DNA from: Candidatus Vogelbacteria bacterium
GTDB taxonomy: Bacteria; Patescibacteriota; Minisyncoccia; Phycocordibacterales; XYD1-FULL-46-19
Assembly (NCBI GenBank): GCA_903864935.1
Contig: CAIPHT010000005.1
Span: 9,867-73,866, forward strand
Direction: 5' to 3'
DNA: 64,000 nt
The notes beneath the pieces are model-generated. The model was not told the DNA's origin, searched no databases, and was given only the letters and a program-made list of their open reading frames with translations. Positions 60,466 through 64,000 of the stretch are shown here, in pieces. Each line of letters opens with the position of its first letter. Position 1 is the first letter of the stretch. A program made the translations under genes and the position numbers.

Positions 60466-61131
60466 ATGACACACCGCGTCCATCCATATGCACATAGACT
60501 CACTATCATTCGCGACTGGCAGTCACGTTGGTTTGGTAAGGGTCCTAAGTATGTTGAGTTCCTAAAGGCTGACGTTCTCCTTCGTGAGTATCTCACCAAG
60601 CGTTTGCGCGGTTTTTATGTTGATCGTGTTGATATTGAGCGCGGTGAGAATTTCTATAAAATAATTATCCGTACTTCTCGCCCTGGTATGATCATTGGCC
60701 GTGGGGGAGATGGTATTACTAAACTTAAGACTGAGATTATCTCCCAATTGTTAAAGACGGGGACCACTTTGCCTAAGGATGTTCAGGTTGATATCCAGGA
60801 GGTTAAAGAACCGGAGGCCAGCGCCGCTATTGTTGCTTATATGATTGCTGAGGGCTTAGAGAAGCGTTTGCCTTTCCGTCGTGTTTTGAAGCAGACGGTT
60901 GAGAAGGTTTTGAATAGCAAATCCGTGAAGGGAGTTAAGGTTACCTTGTCTGGCCGCCTTGGTGGTGCTGATATGGGTCGTACTGAGACCTTGCGCAAGG
61001 GTCAAGTACCGCTTCAGACTTTGCGCGCTGATATCGATTTTGCTCGTGAGAAGGCCTATATGTATTACGGCGTGACCGGTATTAAGGTCTGGATTTATCG
61101 AGGCGAGATTTTTAATACTGAGAATAAATAA
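60466..61131 (+). CDS. rpsC: 30S ribosomal protein uS3
   Basis: KH domain and C-terminal domain (..GIKVWIY.GE..). Confidence 0.92.
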   Translation: MTHRVHPYAHRLTIIRDWQSRWFGKGPKYVEFLKADVLLREYLTKRLRGFYVDRVDIERGENFYKIIIRTSRPGMIIGRGGDGITKLKTEIISQLLKTGTTLPKDVQVDIQEVKEPEASAAIVAYMIAEGLEKRLPFRRVLKQTVEKVLNSKSVKGVKVTLSGRLGGADMGRTETLRKGQVPLQTLRADIDFAREKAYMYYGVTGIKVWIYRGEIFNTENK

Positions 61132-61137
61132 ACTACC

Positions 61138-61554
61138 ATGTTATTACCAAAAAAAGTAAAATTCAGAAAGTGGCAGACGATGCGGACTAATCCTAATAAG
61201 ATTAAGACGGAGACTCGCGGGACTAAATTATCTTTTGGTAATTTTGGTTTGAAGGCTGAGACCCCCGGCCGTATTCGTTCTAACCAAATTGAGGCTGCCC
61301 GTAAGACGATTGCTCGCCAAATGCATAAGACCGGCAAACTCTGGATTCGTATTTTCCCCGATATGCCTTTTACTGCTAAAGCGGCTGAGGTGGGTATGGG
61401 TAAAGGTAAGGGAGATCCACAGGGTTACCAGATTCAAGTTTGGCCTGGCCGTTTGATCTTCGAAGTTGATGGTTTGACCGATGAGATTGCCAAGGAGGCT
61501 CTTCGCAAGGCCGGTGCTAAATTGCCTATTAAAACCAAAATAGTCAGTCGATAG
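61138..61554 (+). CDS. rplP: 50S ribosomal protein uL16
   Basis: Canonical L16 (..MLLPKKVKFRK.Q.MR..). Confidence 0.92.
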   Translation: MLLPKKVKFRKWQTMRTNPNKIKTETRGTKLSFGNFGLKAETPGRIRSNQIEAARKTIARQMHKTGKLWIRIFPDMPFTAKAAEVGMGKGKGDPQGYQIQVWPGRLIFEVDGLTDEIAKEALRKAGAKLPIKTKIVSR

Positions 61555-61570
61555 GGGAATAAATAAAAAC

Positions 61571-61750
61571 ATGAAGAAAACAGATTTTAAAAAAGAGACA
61601 GAGGCCGCGTTGAAGAAAACCCTTATTGAGAAGCGTGATTCTTTGGCTAAATTCAAGTTCGGCATGACTGGATCCCGCACCAAGAATGTCAAAGAAGGGC
61701 GCAATACTCGTCGAGATATTGCCAGAATCTTAACCGCCCTAAAAAAATAA
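61571..61750 (+). CDS. rpmC: 50S ribosomal protein uL29
   Basis: 59 aa (MKKTDFKKETEAALKKTLIEKRDSLAKFKFGMTGSRTKNVKEGRNTRRDIARILTALKK); below the ORF-track size cutoff but in the canonical position. Confidence 0.85.
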   Translation: MKKTDFKKETEAALKKTLIEKRDSLAKFKFGMTGSRTKNVKEGRNTRRDIARILTALKK

Positions 61751-61751
61751 T

Positions 61752-61997
61752 ATGAAAACAGAAATAGCAAACAAAAAAATATTAAAGGGAAAGGTTGTCT
61801 CGGACAAGATGGACAAGACTGTTGTTGTTGAGATTAAGCGCTTCGTTAAGCATCCTAAGTACGGCAAGTTCTTCAACCTCTCTAAGCGTCACAAGGCTCA
61901 TGATCCAGAGAATAAGGCCAAGATTGGAGATGAGGTTGAGATCCGTGAGTGTCGCCCAATGTCTAAAGACAAGCATTTCGAAGTAATTTATAAATAA
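61752..61997 (+). CDS. rpsQ: 30S ribosomal protein uS17
   Basis: Canonical S17 (..GKVVSDKMDKTVVV.., ..HDPENKAKIGDEVEIRECRP.SK.K.F.V). Confidence 0.92.
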   Translation: MKTEIANKKILKGKVVSDKMDKTVVVEIKRFVKHPKYGKFFNLSKRHKAHDPENKAKIGDEVEIRECRPMSKDKHFEVIYK

Positions 61998-62003
61998 ACT
62001 ACC

Positions 62004-62375
62004 ATGATTCAGCCACAATCCATTGTAAAAATTGCCGATAACACGGGCGCCAAGATTGGACGCGTCTTCAAGGTGCTTGGCAGTTCGAAGAAGCGCTATG
62101 CTCGGATTGGTGAGCTGGTTATTCTTTCCGTGCAATCTGCTGAACCTCGTAAGGCGGTTAAGAAAAAGGAAGTTCTTCGTGCTCTTGTTGTTCGTCAGAA
62201 GTCTCCCTTCCGTCGTGCCGATGGTACCTATCTCCGTTTTGACGAGAATGCCGTTGTGATTTTAGACAAGACCAAGCCTGAGCCACGTGGTGGCCGTATA
62301 TTTGGACCTATTCCTCGCGAGATTGGCGAATTGGGTTATCAGAAAATTGTGTCATTAGCGCCAGAAGTGGTATAA
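62004..62375 (+). CDS. rplN: 50S ribosomal protein uL14
   Basis: MIQPQSIVKIADNTGAK...; canonical. Confidence 0.93.
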   Translation: MIQPQSIVKIADNTGAKIGRVFKVLGSSKKRYARIGELVILSVQSAEPRKAVKKKEVLRALVVRQKSPFRRADGTYLRFDENAVVILDKTKPEPRGGRIFGPIPREIGELGYQKIVSLAPEVV

Positions 62376-62387
62376 AAAAATACGAGT

Positions 62388-62693
62388 ATGAAAATCAAAA
62401 AGAATGACAATGTAATAATCATCACCGGTAAGGACCGCGGTAAGCAGGGCAAAGTTTTGCGCGTGTTGGCGGAGGATGAGAAGGTCTTAGTGGAGGGGAT
62501 GAATCTTCGCAAGAAGCACCAGAAGCCTCGCAAAGAAGGGGAGAAGGGTCAGATGATTGATATGCCACATCCTGTTCATATATCTAATGTTGCCCTTTAT
62601 TGCTCAAGTTGTGGCAAGGGTGTTCGTATGGGCGCTAAGGTTAACGGCAAGAAGAAGATTCGCGTTTGTAAGAAATGCGGTAAAGAAATTTAA
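62388..62693 (+). CDS. rplX: 50S ribosomal protein uL24 with a C-terminal C4 zinc-ribbon variant
   Basis: KOW domain (IKKNDNVIIITGKDRGKQGKV) then ...YCSSCGKGVRMGAKVNGKKKIRVCKKCGKEI (CxxC-x17-CxxC) in place of the usual Cys-free C-terminus. Confidence 0.88.
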   Translation: MKIKKNDNVIIITGKDRGKQGKVLRVLAEDEKVLVEGMNLRKKHQKPRKEGEKGQMIDMPHPVHISNVALYCSSCGKGVRMGAKVNGKKKIRVCKKCGKEI

Positions 62694-62695
62694 AT

Positions 62696-63244
62696 ATGAA
62701 AAAATTAAAGGAAAAAATTGAATCAATTACACCTGAGCTTAAAAAAGAGCTTGGTGTTAAGAATAAAATGGCTACCCCTCACTTGGTGAAGGTGGTTGTT
62801 AACTCTGGCACCGGTAAGGCTAAGGACAAGAAGCGCAATGAACTCGTCGAGAATCGTCTCGCCAAGATCACTGGTCAGAAGGCTTCACCTCGTGGTGCCA
62901 AGCAATCTGTGGCCTCCTTCAAAGTTCGTCAGGGTGATATCATTGGTTTTGCGACCACTCTCCGTGGTCAGCGCATGTATGACTTCCTTGATCTCCTCTT
63001 CAATGTCACTATCCCTCGTATCCGTGACTTCAAGGGTTATGATGAGAAAATTGTTGATGAAGTTGGGAACTTAACCTTGGGGGTCAAAGAGCACACCGTC
63101 TTCCCTCAGACCGCTGATGAAGAACTTAAGGATGTCTTCGGTCTCGCTATCACTATTGTTACTTCTGCCAAGGATAAGGAATCGGCTCTCGCTTTCTTTA
63201 AAGCTATCGGCTTTCCTTTTAAGAAAAAAGTGGCTGCTAAATAA
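62696..63244 (+). CDS. rplE: 50S ribosomal protein uL5
   Basis: Canonical L5. Confidence 0.92.
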   Translation: MKKLKEKIESITPELKKELGVKNKMATPHLVKVVVNSGTGKAKDKKRNELVENRLAKITGQKASPRGAKQSVASFKVRQGDIIGFATTLRGQRMYDFLDLLFNVTIPRIRDFKGYDEKIVDEVGNLTLGVKEHTVFPQTADEELKDVFGLAITIVTSAKDKESALAFFKAIGFPFKKKVAAK

Positions 63245-63347
63245 ATATCGCTCAGGTTGTTGTTTATAAAACCTCGAAAAATCCCCCTAGCCGGGGCTTT
63301 TTTGTGCTATAGTAAATTAAGCAAATTAATAGTCTAATTATAAAATA

Positions 63348-64000
63348 ATGAAAAAATATTATGTTCTCGTTGCGATAATTATTGTTCTAGTCATTGCTGT
63401 TGTTTATTTCGCTTTTTTTAAAAAGGTGGGGCCTATTGAGCAGCCTGTGGTGACCTCGACTCCGGCACCTGTTCAAGAAAACCCAATTGTTAACGCTCCA
63501 ATTAAAACAACATTGCAAAAAGAAGGGTGGAGGACTTATGAAAATTCAAAATATGGTTTTTCTATTCAATATCCTTGCGATGAGAAGTGTCAGGCTGATT
63601 TACCAGTCCCATCTAAAAGTGATTATTTCTGGGAGACAAATTGGTTACCTACGGGAACAAGAGCTAGTGTTATTGTGAGCTCTTTTACTGATGAAAGCGT
63701 TAAAGCTTGGAATGACTCACTTAAAAACTCTGGCGAAGAAGCAGCTATCCCTTTTCAGTTTAGTTTGTCTTCTTTTAGAGAAGCTTTAAATTTACCTTTA
63801 AATTCGAAGTGTAAAATAGCCAGTTATTTTGGGGGTGATGTTTCCTTTGGCTGTAGCATTGTTTCGTTGGGAGGGAAGAAGGCTGTCAAATTCGATAACG
63901 GGGTCATTCATTCTTTTGATGGGGATCCTCATCAATACTATTATGTTAATCTTGGGGGAAATAATTGGCTAACTATTAATGAAGCTTACAATCTGATAGA
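63348..64000 (+). CDS. membrane-anchored hypothetical protein, 3'-truncated by the window end
   Basis: ATG at 63348; N-terminal TM (YYVLVAIIIVLVIAVVYFAFF); open to 64000 with no stop. Follows a weak terminator after rplE. Confidence 0.5.
   Translation, partial: MKKYYVLVAIIIVLVIAVVYFAFFKKVGPIEQPVVTSTPAPVQENPIVNAPIKTTLQKEGWRTYENSKYGFSIQYPCDEKCQADLPVPSKSDYFWETNWLPTGTRASVIVSSFTDESVKAWNDSLKNSGEEAAIPFQFSLSSFREALNLPLNSKCKIASYFGGDVSFGCSIVSLGGKKAVKFDNGVIHSFDGDPHQYYYVNLGGNNWLTINEAYNLI

Noticed and set aside
1-64000. CRISPR array, rRNA genes, integrase or transposase genes
   Set aside because: No regularly spaced direct repeats with unique spacers were seen. There are no rRNA-like stretches and no ORF with recombinase or transposase motifs (DDE, tyrosine or serine recombinase). 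The tRNA-adjacent elements therefore lack an obvious cis-encoded recombinase in this window.

Overview
Bacterial chromosomal segment with Candidate Phyla Radiation (Patescibacteria)-like character. Gene order and bacterial EF-Tu/EF-G rule out an archaeal origin.

Supported content:
- An almost complete str-S10-spc ribosomal cluster (rpsL-rpsG-fusA-tuf-rpsJ ... rplC-rplD-rplW-rplB ... rpsS-rplV-rpsC-rplP-rpmC-rpsQ-rplN-rplX-rplE). It is interrupted three times by non-ribosomal inserts that carry their own terminators and promoters.
- Housekeeping genes: DEAD-box helicase, alr, HU, H+-pyrophosphatase, RNase Y, clpP, tig, nusA, tpiA-pgk, recJ, rnhA, HIT, speH, bL28, an S2P-like protease, and a split comEC.
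- A type IV pilus locus: pilB, pilC, and three prepilin-like genes including a ~590 aa one.
- Three TrmB-family regulator paralogs.
- A DinJ antitoxin next to a YafQ-like toxin carrying an in-frame TAA.
- Four tRNAs: tRNA-Pro(TGG), tRNA-Pro(CGG), a tRNA-Pro-like gene, and tRNA-Gly(TCC).
- Several GC-richer small or membrane genes that look horizontally acquired.

Most unusual observations:
1. A complete tRNA-Pro(CGG), bounded by 10-bp inverted repeats, sits inside the anticodon loop of a second tRNA-Pro-like gene.
2. A ~155-175 nt structured element family lies immediately 3' of two different tRNAs. Each copy's termini imitate the acceptor and T-arm of its own tRNA, and three internal hairpins show compensatory changes between copies.
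3. A family of short palindromic elements is inserted in-frame inside at least two unrelated CDSs (an AlkD-like gene and comEC). One 44-nt copy is identical in both genes.
4. A family of GC-rich CCGCCCAGG...CCTGGGCGG hairpins occurs in several intergenic regions. Two copies sit directly upstream of consensus extended -10 promoters.
5. The S10-spc operon is broken by a GC-rich gene, by a secreted surface-protein gene, and by a terminator after rplE. uL24 carries a C4 zinc-ribbon tail.

No CRISPR array, rRNA, RNase P RNA, tmRNA or SRP RNA could be recognised.
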